Below are positions 26,011-39,290 of a stretch of 64,000 bases of DNA, piece after piece. Below the pieces are notes generated by a model. It ran no database searches. It was given only the letters and a program-made list of their open reading frames with translations, and was not told the origin of the DNA. Position numbers and translations under genes: made by a program. This DNA comes from Camelus ferus (Eukaryota). Location: NCBI RefSeq assembly GCF_009834535.1, contig NC_045697.1, positions 45,076,001 to 45,140,000 on the forward strand, read 5' to 3'. Numbering within the stretch: position 1 is the stretch's first letter; each line of letters begins with the position of its first letter.

Positions 26011-29000
26011 AAAAAACAAAAATCATACAAAGAAGTGACAAACTATCCAATATTAGACAAAAATACTCAACAGGACAAAATCAGTAGAAGACCCTAGATA
26101 TATTAACACTGAGTTGGCCAACCTTGGCTAATTGTCTATTAAAAGAACTGTCTTCTTTTGAGTTCACAGTTTCAAATTTTAACTTCAACCATAGCAAATA
26201 AGTACTTTTTGTCCTGTTTCTTATCTTTCTGCAAATATTTATTTTTCATTAATGTTAAGCAATTCTACTGGCAGTGCTTATTTTTGTTAAAGTGGAATGG
26301 CAAAATTTCACCGGCAGGAAATGTCTTTTCTTCTCGCTAGATTCAGTTTATTGGAAGAGGGAAAGAAAGACAAACAGGACATGAAGGACAGAAAAGATAA
26401 GGAAGTGACCAGAAAGAATAAGGGAAAGGATTAAGAGGAGGAAGAGAATGGACGGCACTGAGAGGGGAATGAGGGATGGAAAGTGAACTGGGGAAAAGAG
26501 TCAAGAACAGCGTGGAAAGAAACCAGGAGACGAGGAGGCAGAATTAGTACAAGGTCAGAGAGCAAGTGCTTAGAGATAAGAGGACACGGGAAAGAAAAAT
26601 AGAAATCCAAACAAAGGGAAGCTGAGTTGAAAACAAAAAGTAGTTGATGGAAGAGAGACAGCCTCCTTGGCAAATAACTGAGGGGCCGCTGGCCTTGGCC
26701 CTGAGAGAAATGGGAGTGAAAATCACTAGACAGAAATTCAGTGGAAAGTGGGAAACTGAGTGGGACGTGACCCTTGACAAGATGGGATCTAGACTGTTTT
26801 GATTTAGATGAGCTTCTTTTTTCAAAGATATGAATTCTAAGTAGATAGTTTCCAGGCACAAATGATGGGTGCCCTCAACTTTCTGTGTTCCACCCAGAAG
26901 GCTGAAAGTGGAGGGAAGGAGATGTTGAGCTGTGCTGGGTGGGCAAAAAGCAGAGACTGAGAAACTTCTGGGATCCCTTATCCTATGAGGAGGAAGGGAG
27001 GGGAATCCTTTATTCCCTGGCCTTGCAGCTGAAGCCCTGTCACTTCTGAGCCAGACAGTCCCTGACAAACAGTGCTCCACCCACCAGACTTGGGCTGCGG
27101 CCAAGGGCTGTGGAAGGCAGGGAGTAAGCAGAACAGCCTCTACACTAGCATATTAGGGAAATGGAAACTTTGAGAGAAAAGGAGAAAGAGGGGATTAACA
27201 TTAACAAAAGTGAAATTTTCCCGGTAGGAAAACCTGAGCACCTAAATTGGGGAACAAAGGTAGCAAGAGGAGCACTTGATCAAACAAACAAGGATCCATC
27301 AAACACTTCACACCCTTGACATAAGGACGTGCTTATTATTTCTCTTCAGAAGTACTATTATTCTGTGATGAGAAAGAATTTGGGGGTTCTGTGTTGGCAC
27401 TTTGTCTTTGTTATCATCTCCTTGATCCTAGATCCCCCAATTTTTTTTATCTTTTAAGGCGGAGCTCTTGTAACCAGATTAAGTCTAACCACAATCTGTT
27501 CTTTGCAAGCAACTAGTTGTGCCAAGGCGCTAAAGAACTAGCCACACGAGAATAATTTACCGATTGGCTGGTGTAAGACATTTATGAGCCTACAGTGGGT
27601 ACTGGGATGAACATGCACAGAAAGCAAGGATGAGCACGTTCCTGCCTTTACCTTCTGTCTACGTGGTATTCGTCTATAGGGGAACTATTAATATAGTAGT
27701 CCTAATACTCGGTTAACACTAACCAAGAAGGAAGCCTTCTCAAGTTATGAGAAAAGTGAGCAAAAGGTTAAAAGATTGCAATAAAAATAAATTATCCTGA
27801 AATATCTGGGGATGAGTCATTCAACATAGTTGACAGTTTGTCCCCTGAAGCACAGGAATATTGTCATTGTTTTATGTGGAAATCATATTAAACAACACAA
27901 TTCATTCTTCTTTTCAAGAGTGCATTCTGATTATATTTTTGCCTTTCCTTTATTATTCAGTGTTAATTATTCTTAAAATTAACTCCTTTTCTTCTACAGC
28001 TATATTATGATGATCTCTCAGAAGGATTAAACTAGTTACACCTCTGCTCAATCTCCAGGTTAACTGGATATTTAAAGGTTTTCTCTTGAATTTTCTCTTT
28101 ATGGCTTTCTGTGGCTTTTCTTGTTGCTGGGTGTCCACAGCTGCTCCACCCTCTCCCCCTTCAAACTTGTTGTCTCTAATCCACCGAGGGCTTGAAAGTC
28201 AAATAGCTATGTGTACAGAAGGTAGGGATAAGATATCAGGAAATAGCTCTGAATCAGCTCAGGAGCAGAACGCCTGAACTTCAGTGTGTCAGATTTGTCG
28301 GTCTATTGGTTTAGGGTGTGACCTTTGTGACACCGTGGTTGTTTTTGTTTTATTTTATATTCTCATCTATGATCTTGTTAACAGAGACGGCCAGGTGAAT
28401 TCAGGAAAGATGGCGTACTTTGAACATACATGGAGGGACTCTAAGTCAGTTGTTAAAGCTTTATCGAGCACAAACTTGACAGAAAAAATAATATTTGTGG
28501 AAAGGAGGGCAGATTCCAATTCCTCCCACCCTCAAATGAAACATGTTTATTACTCTCAAAACTCAAATTCATGGTTATTTTACGCAAATTCAAAAATTAT
28601 AAAAAAGGAAAAACAAGAATCTCAAAAATATAATTAAAGAAATCTGCTATTAATATCTTTCTGGAAGCACTGTTTAAATAACTGCTGGTTTTCTTTTACA
28701 TAAGAGTAATTAGACAGAGGAGTTACTTAATGCCAGTCATTTTGTATATAAACTTTGTAGCCCATCTACTTAATATATCATAAATATTTTTTGCCTTCCT
28801 ACATAATCTCCACTAAGAGTTCAATTACTGCATAATATATTGAATAGATGTACTTTCATGTGCATATTTACTACATCCTGGTGTCCTTCATGTTCTTCCA
28901 CTTACTTTACGAATTTGTCTATTTTGATATTTTGAACATAATTGTTCTTTATCAGATTGTTGTATTTCCTTAATATTTTATTTTCAGTTAGTTTTAATCA

Positions 29001-30759
29001 TACAACTACATACTACATAATAGTAAGTTCATTCTTCTAGCAAAGCATATTTTACAAACATGAACTAAAAAACAGAATTCATTTGGATGGAAATTTTGTT
29101 GACAGCAAACTGTGAAAACACACTAATCAAAGACATCTGAGGTTGTTTTGCTCACTCAGATGTCAAAAACTTCTTTCTCTCTTGCTCATCTTGCTTATTT
29201 TAAACTGTCTTCTCTTTCTCACTCAAAAGAATGATTTTTAAAAGGCCACCCTTTTTCTGAATCTCTCATATTCTCCAGCTTACAGATAAAACCTTTGCCT
29301 CCTTTTGAAGTAGCAGCTGGTTAGTATTTAAACCAGGTATATTGTTTGTATATTCATTGGTAGTAGAAGATAGTATTACTTTACAGCGTCCAAGTGAACC
29401 AAGAATATTGCTATTATAGAATTTATATGATGCAGAGAAATCTGCTCATTACTCATCTTCCTCACAGATATCTTGAGAAAGAAAACACAGCTTTGAGTTC
29501 TCTGCTTCTGAAGTACATGAAAAATAGCAAGGAATTTAAAATCAGAATATATGACCGATCATATTTATTAGAATTGTATTAGTTTCAGCTGTCTAACGTG
29601 AATTTCTGTAAGAGGAGAAACTTCCATTTGGAAACTCAATAATGGATTTAAAATACTTAAGTCAGATATTACACCTCTCGCAAAGATTATCCCGAGATGT
29701 CTTTGAGAAAGAATCTAAACACAGTAAGTCAAAGCAACATAATTAATCTGCTGAGGGAGATTTGAGGCATCTCAGATCTGCTAGGAACTGGCTTTCTGAC
29801 TTTGGGCTCATCACTAGCTTGCCCAGGCCTCTGTCTTCTCACTTGTCAAGTGAAGTGGTTGCATGACAAGATCCCAGAGGATCACAGGATGCGTCCCCTG
29901 GATGGAGTCTCAGAGACAGTCAGCATTAGAAGGCTGATCCATCTGCAGAGCTGAGCTAAGGACCTCCTTCAGTTCGGACTCTGACTCAACTACCCATGGA
30001 AGTTGTAGGGGGGAAAACCAATACTTTCCCACTTTCATTATTTCAGTCGCTGGTTTCATTTCTGCCTTTGTAGGAACCCCCTGCTGTGACGTACAGGAAG
30101 GATGCTTGAAGTGGAAGTGAAAGCAGAAACTCCAGGCAATATAGGAAACACCACGTGAACCTATATGCCTGTAAGGGGGCTGGCTATGTATTGTTCTGAG
30201 TAATTTGGAAGGAACGGTGTTTAACAATATCCACTTCCTCAACTAGTACCTTCCTTTAGTGAACGTACTGCCTAAAAGATATTAAACGTAAGAGTCAAAA
30301 TTTCAAAGTAAAACCTCCCTAGGAATTTTCTTATAAGAGAAATAAATGTTGTCACCAACTGTTAGAGGTTCACAGGAATTCCAAGTCAACTGGAATTTTT
30401 TTGTTATAAGTGCCTATAAATGTACCATTAAATAAAATGGGGAGCATTAAGTAGAAAAGCTCTTGAACAAGGCTGGTAATAGAGATGTCTTGTAAGGAGC
30501 ATAGATTCATCGGAGATTTGTGTATGAGTGGCTACTTCAAGCCCTTCCACAGTACCATTTTATTTTGCCAAGTATGTGATTGGTATGGGTATGCACAGGC
30601 TGCTAACAAGGGAGGGCCAAAGACATTCCCCAAATTCAGCGTCTCTGGTTGCTCACGCTCCAAGCTATTTTCAATAGCCATGGCCACTGCTAAGGCTGGG
30701 TCTACAATAGCAATTTTTACGTCTTTTTTGAACACAGCCCAGAATAGAAGCACATTTTA

Positions 30760-30981
30760 AACCATAAACCAGTTCTCGTATTTGTGAACATATGCATGTT
30801 TGTAAATAAGTAGATACATCTGAAAAAAGTCTCAGGAAGTGACCCACTCACCATTAGGGGATGTACTCTGAGACTTTCCGTTTTAGTCTCTGCTGCTCAA
30901 TTTGTTACAATCTTATGATAACCCACCATATTGACTATAAAATCCAAAATAGGTTGCCGTCCACAATTTGAAAAACACTGG
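30760..30981. mobile_element. Degraded non-autonomous hAT-Charlie element (same type as 47517-47780)
   Basis: Shares the terminus cacaatttgaaaaacactg with the element ending at 47780. Confidence 0.55.
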
Positions 30982-33789
30982 CCTAGATTAGTAATAATGA
31001 TGGTGATAAATATGATGATAGTACAATGAAAGCATCAACCAACAGAACCCTGAGCCTTCTGTAGAAGAATCAGGTATTTAAGAGTGACCTCGATTGAGTA
31101 GAAGATGTGGAGGAACTCTCCTACAGTCCAGCAGAATTTTCTGAGATAACAACTGACAACCATTGGGGAGGCTTTGTCCCCAGTCTACCTGTGTTCCTGA
31201 TTCATCTAAATAGTGTTGCATTAGAGGTTTGAAAGATCTGCTTCTGTATATACTCTGCATTTGGGAGTTAAAGGGAAATTCAATTGTATAACACACCATT
31301 ATTTTATGAACTGCTAAGAAGGAGAAAATGCTGTCAGTTACTATGATTATAAAATGTCAGCAGTTATATGACATATCTTTATTTCAGATAGAAATCAACA
31401 CTGGATTAATCACTTTGAGAGCTCTCCCTCAGGCCTTCTAGATCCCCTGTCCTTTCCTCCAGAGGACCAACAGGGGCTTTCTTATCCATGGGGGAAATTG
31501 CCTAGGATTTTATTTTATTTGTCTTACACAATTTCGTAGAAGTCTAAGTTTGAAAGGCATTCTCAGTGATAGTATGGTTTGTTCCTCCTCGTGCTGCAGT
31601 TGAAGAATCTGGTACCCAGGGAGATGATGTGACTTGCCTCAGCTAACATACCAACATAGAGACCAAAAGAAGTTAAAAACAAACAAAAAGATCTAGGTTG
31701 TCAGACTGGAAAGGAGAAATAGTAGCACAGAGTAAATCAAGGCTGGAACAAAAGCCTCCGGTTCGTTTAGTCTGTCTCCTCAGTTTTTGATATGGAATTG
31801 ATCATATCAAAACAAGTTCATTAAAAGGAGGCCCACAGGCTCCTTCTGTCTTTTGGATCCAGTGTCTCCATTCTGTGGAGAGGGAGAAATTATTGCCAGA
31901 CCCCGTCTTCCTCAGACATCCTCGTAGTCGTGATATTGTTCCCTTCTCAAGAACCCAAGAGCTACTGTGGTTTCGATCCAATTTCTTATTTTCTGTCAGG
32001 CCATCAGAATCTTCACTTAATTTGTTTATTTATAACTTATACTCCATCCATTTCTCATAAGGATTAGCTGGATCAGCCTTTCCACCTCGTTAACTTAACC
32101 CAGTTATACTAGCACCAGTCTCCTTGATTCTTGACGAAGTCCCAGTCTACTGTTTAAGTAAATCCCGCCCGCCCCCATCCACAGGTGGTGTGAGGCTTCC
32201 CACTTCCATTACGTTACAAATGTTCCTCATACCGATTCTTGTTTATCTTTTCTTTTGAATCCAACTTGTACCTCGCTCTGGAAAACATCCTTTACTTAAT
32301 GTTGTTTTGTGATCCCTACGTGCTTAAAGCATTCTGCATTCCTTTCATTGTTACTCAGAAATTTACTTGCAAGATGCTTTCTAACTGATGTCCACTTTTG
32401 CTTTCAGGGTACCACTTTTGCGCTGCCCATAACTTTGAGGATGATGCTTGGTAGGAAGGAATATCCAAGCACACACACATACTCCACACTGAGACCCAGG
32501 AAGAAATACATGATCAAAACAGCAAAGCTGTACTAATGTTTATTCACAAAGGGTTAGTTCATCATCTAGTGAACAGCCGAGGGACAGAACGTGTGACTAA
32601 CGGAGAGACTGCTAGATGTCCTCTCTCCACACTCACCATCTGCATCTTAACACATAACTCATACGTAACTGTCCAGCTCCTTGAGGATGCGTTCTCACAC
32701 CTCTGTGCCTTTATTCGTGATCTTCTCAGCCTTAGCACCCCTCACCACTTTCTTCACCTGGATCACACACGTCCTTCCTGAAATCTCTCAGGAGTTCTCT
32801 CTTACCACCACTCTGTCCACGTTCCCCATCACTGCACACCCACGGAGTCCTGAGCAACCGTGGACCATGATAGCACTTCCATGTATCTTAATCGTCTGCT
32901 CATGGGTTCCCATCTCAGCTAGCCTGAGAGGTACTTGAGATAAGGTGCCGAGGATCCTCTTTGAAACTTTGCCACCTGCAGTGTCACAGGAAAACAAAAA
33001 GAAAATAAATTTGAGAGAAATATTATCTTCACCACCGAATGACTGGGGTTAGTGAGCGAACAGAACCACAGTTATTCCTCCTGGATACTGGAGGTTATTC
33101 TTGGAGTCAGGTTGCTCTTTAAAGCTCATCTTTGGTGCTAAATAAGTCATGTAAGCTTGTTAGCCGTATCTTAGGAAAAAAATGTTATGTAAAGAGCCAG
33201 TTGGCCTTCTGCCCAATGACTCACCAGGCAGCCTTAGAAATGCTGTTTCTCTCCTTAATGCTACAGCAGTGTCACTGCCATGCTATTGTCTGCGTTGGAT
33301 GACTCATACTGACTGCTCATTTCTCTTGAATGATGGTTTTCTTTACCCTTGAAAATAAGTTATATGTGTATTAGCATTAATAAAGTTCTATTAATTCATT
33401 TCACTTCACCTTTTTCTCTACTATTGCTCCCACACCACTGGCAATGTTTTCAGAGCCAGGGAAGGGATCCTCTTAGGAAAAAGGAGGCCATTGAAGTTTA
33501 TTTTCAAGTATTCAGTGAGCAGCCTGACTATCAGTCAGTTTGCGTTCTGGAATTCATAATCTGAGAGGTATTCCTTTTACTCTGAACCACACGAGGAGGA
33601 TATCACTGGACAAACCAATGGTGGGACTCAAAAGTAGGTCATATTAGAGTTTCTCATTTTCCTGCTTTGCTAGACATCGTGACATTTAGCATAATGGAAA
33701 TGGAATGGACTCTGTAGTCATATTCCAACATCTGTGGAATGCCACATACATTGTAAGGATGGTGCAAAGGACATCTGAGTCACACAAAG

Positions 33790-34000
33790 CTTGATATACC
33801 CTTCTCTGCTGTTTGCCACCTGGGTGATACTGGGCAGTTGACTTTCCCTCTGTGCCTACATTACCCCATCTGTAAAATGGGATTTAAACACTTGCCTCAT
33901 AGAATTGTTGTGAAACATGCATGTAAAAGAGTACATGTAAAGGCTCACATATATTGAATGTCAGGTACATTTCAAATCTTTAAAATGTTGACCATTACTA
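33790..34000 (+). mobile_element. MIR SINE
   Basis: tgggtgatactgggcagttgactttccctctgtgcct...catctgtaaaatggg...cctcatagaattgttgtga. Confidence 0.85.
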
Positions 34001-34644
34001 GTATCATCACTTCCAGGTTATTTTATAAAATTGACACCTCATTAAATATTTTTTCATTAGTATCTCACATTATTTAAAGATTTAAATTTGAAAAGCACAA
34101 TCAGTGGCCTATCATGCATGACCGCCAGCACTGATATTGTAGATTTAGGATTTGTAATGTAATTTGTTTTGTTTTGTTTATCATTCAAGGTTTACTCCAG
34201 GCTTACCTCGTGCCAGGCACAAGGATTATTACAAAGCTGAATCACTCAGGACCCAGAATACCATTACTGATATTTGACAGCTCCTTCTATGCAGGGTCCT
34301 TGGTAAAGCAAGCTCTCTGGTGGTTTCTTTTGGCTCAATCAGTTACTTTGGAAAATTTTTATTGATCCAGGAAAAACCTGAGCTGGAGAGACAGTATCAT
34401 AAAATGACTCAAAATCCAAAGAAAGCTTCCAAATGATTTTTATCCATGCTGTGTAGGAAGACAACTCTTGGTAAGTCAGCAGAAACAAGAGGGTCTTTTT
34501 CCAGAAAAAATAGGCATGACTACTTAGGCCATGAGTTGTTACCTCAAGGTTCTGTGTGTAGATTCAAGGTTGTGGGGCAAAATCTGTAAGCAGCAAGTCT
34601 ATTTAAAAGAATATGGCATTTTGGAAAGTTGTTCATAATTTAGT

Positions 34645-34689
34645 TTTTTTTTCATTGAAGTATATAGTCCGTTTACAATGTTGTGTCAA
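34645..34689 (-). mobile_element. Ultra-short (~45 bp) young L1 3' terminus with TSD
   Basis: tttttttttcattgaagtatatagtccgtttacaatgttgtgtcaa matches the tips of the L1s at 12440 and 44520; flanks tcataatttagt / tcataattttaagt. Confidence 0.85.
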
Positions 34690-36699
34690 TCATAATTTTA
34701 AGTGAAAAGACAAATTCCAAAATACAGAAAATCTAGACACACCAACATTAGAAAGTGAAGAGGAAGTGGTGGGACTGCAGGTGGATTTTCTTTCATTTAT
34801 GTGTCTTTCTAACTTTTAAACAGTCAGCGTATGCATATTATGTAATAAGATAAAAACCACATGAAAAAGAAAGTGAATACAGTCCAAAATTTATCTGAAT
34901 GAAGTTCAAGGATGTCTATAGCAGTTCGTATCACCTGGTAACAAGTCATTTAAGTATTGATACAACCGTGAAAGGAGAGGCAGTGGATTATATTTAAAGT
35001 ATCCAGGTGACCCCTAGAAAGTGCAGTGTGCTGGAGTGCTCAACAAAACCCAGGAGTACAGGATAAATGTCTACATTTGCTTCCTACTCACTTGGGTAAG
35101 AGCATCTCCCACAAAATATTTTCAAAGGCCCTTTTGCCAGATCATTGAGACCAACATGCTTCCTACAACATTTCAGTAAAAACAGTTGCTATAAACTGTT
35201 ATTTATTTGTTAAAACTATGATCCTGTCATAAAAAAGACTTGTCATTGCAAGGGAGTAGCACAGAAACCTCTTGGTAAAGAATTAGTTTATCTTACTAGT
35301 CATAAGCTTAACAGAGGTTATTCTAAATCCAGAGGATTAAAAAGAACTGAACAAATAGAATTTTACCCCCCCTAGTTTTTCATATTCATAAAAATTAAGA
35401 TTGACCATATAAAGCAAAACTTCTCAAAGAAAGACTAAGCTTGTTAACTTCCAAAGTTAACTTCGTAGTAATTAGAATTCAGGAAACAATACAAAGGATT
35501 GCTGTATAATTGCTTACACCCAAAGAACAAAGCATGCCAAATGTCAGACCACAGACTCTCACAGACCTCAACTTCTTTCTAAACAAGGAAGGATAAGGTG
35601 GTTATAAAATAAAGGATACTTTGTGTTTAAAATTTTGGTTTAGACTGCAGGTAGCAGGATAAATGCTATCTCTTTGCTACAACGAGGCCAAGCGATCTGG
35701 AAGGTGAACAGTGCTGGTAAGAAGCTAGTAGACATTGAACTTTTAATTAGACCTCAGTTAAAGCAGAACTCCAAGTTAGAGAAAGAAAACCCAGAGGCAA
35801 CTTCCTTGAAAGACACAACCAATAATTCCACTCCTACCAGTGGGTGAGCCTCACCCTCTTATAGATTAAAAGCTTATGTCGGTGAGGGCAAGGACAGGAA
35901 AGATGTTGGGTATGCCAGAGAAGTATGGTGTGATACCGTTCTGTTCAGTTTTGTCTGGCTGCTCCTTTCAGATCTGAGTCTTTCATGATTGAGGAAGTAG
36001 AGTACAGGTTAATTACATCCTTCTTCATTCTACTAAGGTTTTGTGATGAGCCTCTGCCTTTTTCTGCCAGTCTAAACACTGCTTGTCTTGAATGACAGAT
36101 TATATGTTCTGTGAGTCATTGATCTTTCTTGGTTATTAATTCCTAATTATCCAGAAGTACACAGGTAAGTAGACCCCTCCAGTCTTAGCAGAGACAGGTA
36201 GTGATATTCCTAGTCTTCCATTTGTAGACTTTTCAAGAGTGGGACAGAAGGAGAAATTCCAAACTGTTAAATACGTATTTACTTGAATAAAGGATGATTT
36301 CTACCACTATAGCATTCTGGAGTTCATAATCTGAGAGGTATTCCTTTTACCCTAACAGAGTTAAGGAGAGTAAAGTGAAGCTGTAGGTTGGGCTTACCAC
36401 ATACATAATTTTGCAATTGATTTATTAGGGTAGGCACAGTAAGAAATAGACTGTGGACTCCATGTCGGTATCTAGTCCGTCTGTATATAATACCAGTAAC
36501 TTTAATTATAATAGAAAGTGTCATTTCTTTCCATATATCTTGTTTGTTTGTTTGCAATTCCGTAAGTAGAGTTTGTATTGGTGCCAAGGATTTCCCAGAT
36601 ATTTTTAAATAAGTACTATAACATTTCCTGTCCAGAAACATGGTAACTTGATCATTATAAAATCTATAGCTGTATAATTTTTGTTTTAAGGATAGATTC

Positions 36700-36835
36700 T
36701 GGATTGTCCATTCACAGAAGTATTTACTGAGCATCTGTTATTTGCCAGGTAGTAGGAATTCCGATCTCTAGGCATTTACAAGGTAACGGAGGAAACCGAC
36801 AAGAGACAATAAGAATTCAATTTGATAAATATGAA
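36700..36835 (-). mobile_element. L2 3' end
   Basis: cattcacagaagtatttactgagcatctgttatttgccagg. Confidence 0.65.
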
Positions 36836-36839
36836 CTTT

Positions 36840-37284
36840 AGGCATAAGAACAATATGCTACAAAAAATTTGGAAATTTATTGACTGTTTTTCCTGAAACA
36901 TATAAAGTTACACTCGTTTAGGGCCAGCTAGATCTAGGGGCTCAAACAATATGTTAGGACCAGAGTGTCTTTCTGTCTTTCCATATCTCAGCTTTTCCTT
37001 CTTTGAGACAGCGTCATTCTTAGGCAGCAGATTGGCTCCAATGGCTCCAAGCTTACTCCCACCAAAACAGAAATTTCATCCCATTAGTTCCTGCAGAAGT
37101 CCCAGGGCTGGCTCTGATTTACCCTTCTTGAATTCTGTGTCCACTTCTGATGTAAGCACTGTCGTCCTGTGATACACTACTCTCATTGGCTACTTGGTGA
37201 TGTGGACATAGTTAGGGATGGGTGAGTCTCCAGGGAAAAAAACCAGGGTGCTACTAGCAAGAGAAGCAACAGATGTCCACCACA
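36840..37284 (-). mobile_element. MaLR LTR (MLT1K/J-like)
   Basis: ggaaatttattgact, gctagatctaggggctcaaacaatatg, agtcccagggctggctctgatt, tactctcattggc, accagggtgctact, ends gatgtccaccaca. Confidence 0.75.
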
Positions 37285-38259
37285 CATGATTACTGATTGT
37301 ATTAAACATTTAGCTCATTAAGCATGAGCTCCCATAGCACTGGATTCAATGACTCTCTATCCTATATCAATTTCTACTTTATACCAAATATATTTATTCT
37401 ATATTTGAATATAGTCTGTAGGAGAGGTCTATACTAGGCTATTCAAGATGAACACACACAGTCACTTACTAAAACTGAGGTCCACTAAAGAGCTGAGCAA
37501 CCTTCAGATGTATCACTGAGAATACCAAGGCATGAGCAGATAGGCTGAAAACAAAAGACTGAAATAAAGAAAAGGAAAGGGAAACATAAAAATAAAAGAA
37601 ACATGGTGGACTCAGTAGAGCACGCTCCCAAATCTTTGAATCCATTGATATTTAGGAGCTGCCTCCATGACTGATTTTAGAGATTTGTCCCTCTCAATTT
37701 AGCTCAAAGAGATAAATAGAGAACAAGTGAGCTACAATGACTTCCAAGTAATTAAAAAAATGCCAAACGAAAAGATGTGTTTTTCAACTCTTTACCTTTT
37801 ATCTCAGATTACTGAACAAAAAAGCAAGGAACAAACAAATTTAAAAACTTGAAATCAATCTCTTCTCTTCGGAGGAGCTTATTTGTTTGATTTCCCCAAA
37901 TGTTGCTTGAATGATGCTGTAACGTGGCAGGTCAGTTACATAAGCAGGAAGTAATTTATCAGTAAACACATAACTGTATTTTTCCACAGGACCAAGATGT
38001 TCCAATAGTTTCCCAGTAAAATGAGTTTATTTTATTAGAGATCTATTTTCATAAGCTGAAGGTCATTACTGGTCATTGCTACTCTGAGTATGCCCTAAAT
38101 AAACCCCGAAATAAGCACGTTAAACAAAAGCTATGGTAGAAATTCAGGCTTGGGAATCGTCATGTATCAAAAAAATAAAGCCTAAAAGCTCATCATCTTT
38201 TGTATGTTCTCAAATCTTTCCAATTTAGAGACCTCCTAATGATTATATTAAAAAATACT

Positions 38260-38500
38260 TGTTCCCCGCTCTGTACTTCACAGCATTTTCTGTGCTTGTT
38301 ATTGTAGCAATTTTATACACTTTGTTGTGCCTGCCTTCTTGTGGTAAAGGATTTATAACGGTGTCATTTGCTTTTCTACATGACTGCCTTTATACCTGGA
38401 CTTGAGCTCCTTAAGGACAGGGAGTAAATCTTTATTTATCTTTTGATCCCCAGAAACTGTGTTTGGTGCCTACTAAATGAATGCTGAGTAAAATAAAGGA
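38260..38500 (+). mobile_element. L2 3' end
   Basis: ttgagctccttaaggacaggga...tttatttatcttttgatccccag...gtgcctactaaatgaatgctgagt. Confidence 0.7.
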
Positions 38501-39290
38501 GCGATAAATGATTTAATGGGCTCTTCTATTTAGATTAATTCCTGAACTCCTGTTTATTATCATCTTCATTAGTTTCATGTTTGAAGAGCTTCAAAGCTTA
38601 ATTCTCCCTCACTTCACCAGCTCCTAAGTATATATCTGCTTACAGAATTCGAGCATGATTTATGCAGAGATTGGAATGACAGCTTGGGCCTGGGCCAGGT
38701 CTCCGGCTGGAGTACAGGCATGGCTGGCAGTGTCTGGTTAACTCACAGGACAGACGACCAATTGCCTTTTTGTGCTGAGTGAAGAAGAGACGCCTGGTGA
38801 AAAAACAACCAACTGTATTTACTGCTTCCAGCTATGTTTACCCATACACATGTGGGCATGTTTGGCAAGTTCTTGAGTCTGCTCCAAAGAAGATTTTCAG
38901 GTTAGGGGACTGTGATAGCCACTGGAAGAGAATTCATTTTAAGAGAAAATAGCCAAGCATGACAGGCCAAGCCAAAGGCACACACTTCCTTACTTTGGAA
39001 GGAGAAGGGGTTCTGTGCTCAAGCAGGGTTGCTGCTTGGATTGTCTCTGCCCACCCATTAGACTCAGGGAAGGCAGACGGACCATAAGCCAAAGCTGGAA
39101 GAACTCTCTTAATAAACCGTCTAACATCTGGGGTATATTTTTACAGTACTTTGAGATCCCGCAAATAGAGTGCAACACAAAGTAGGCTCAGCCATTCTCC
39201 TTCTGTCCCTTCCTTACCAGCCCTGTATCACGTTCTCCTGAACAGTTTATCGGGAAGAATTTTTTTTAATCTATTATATTGCTAAGCATC

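Noticed and set aside
26431..27104. Long ORFs (142 and 186 aa) as genes
   Set aside because: Low-complexity products of purine strand skew with no domain resemblance
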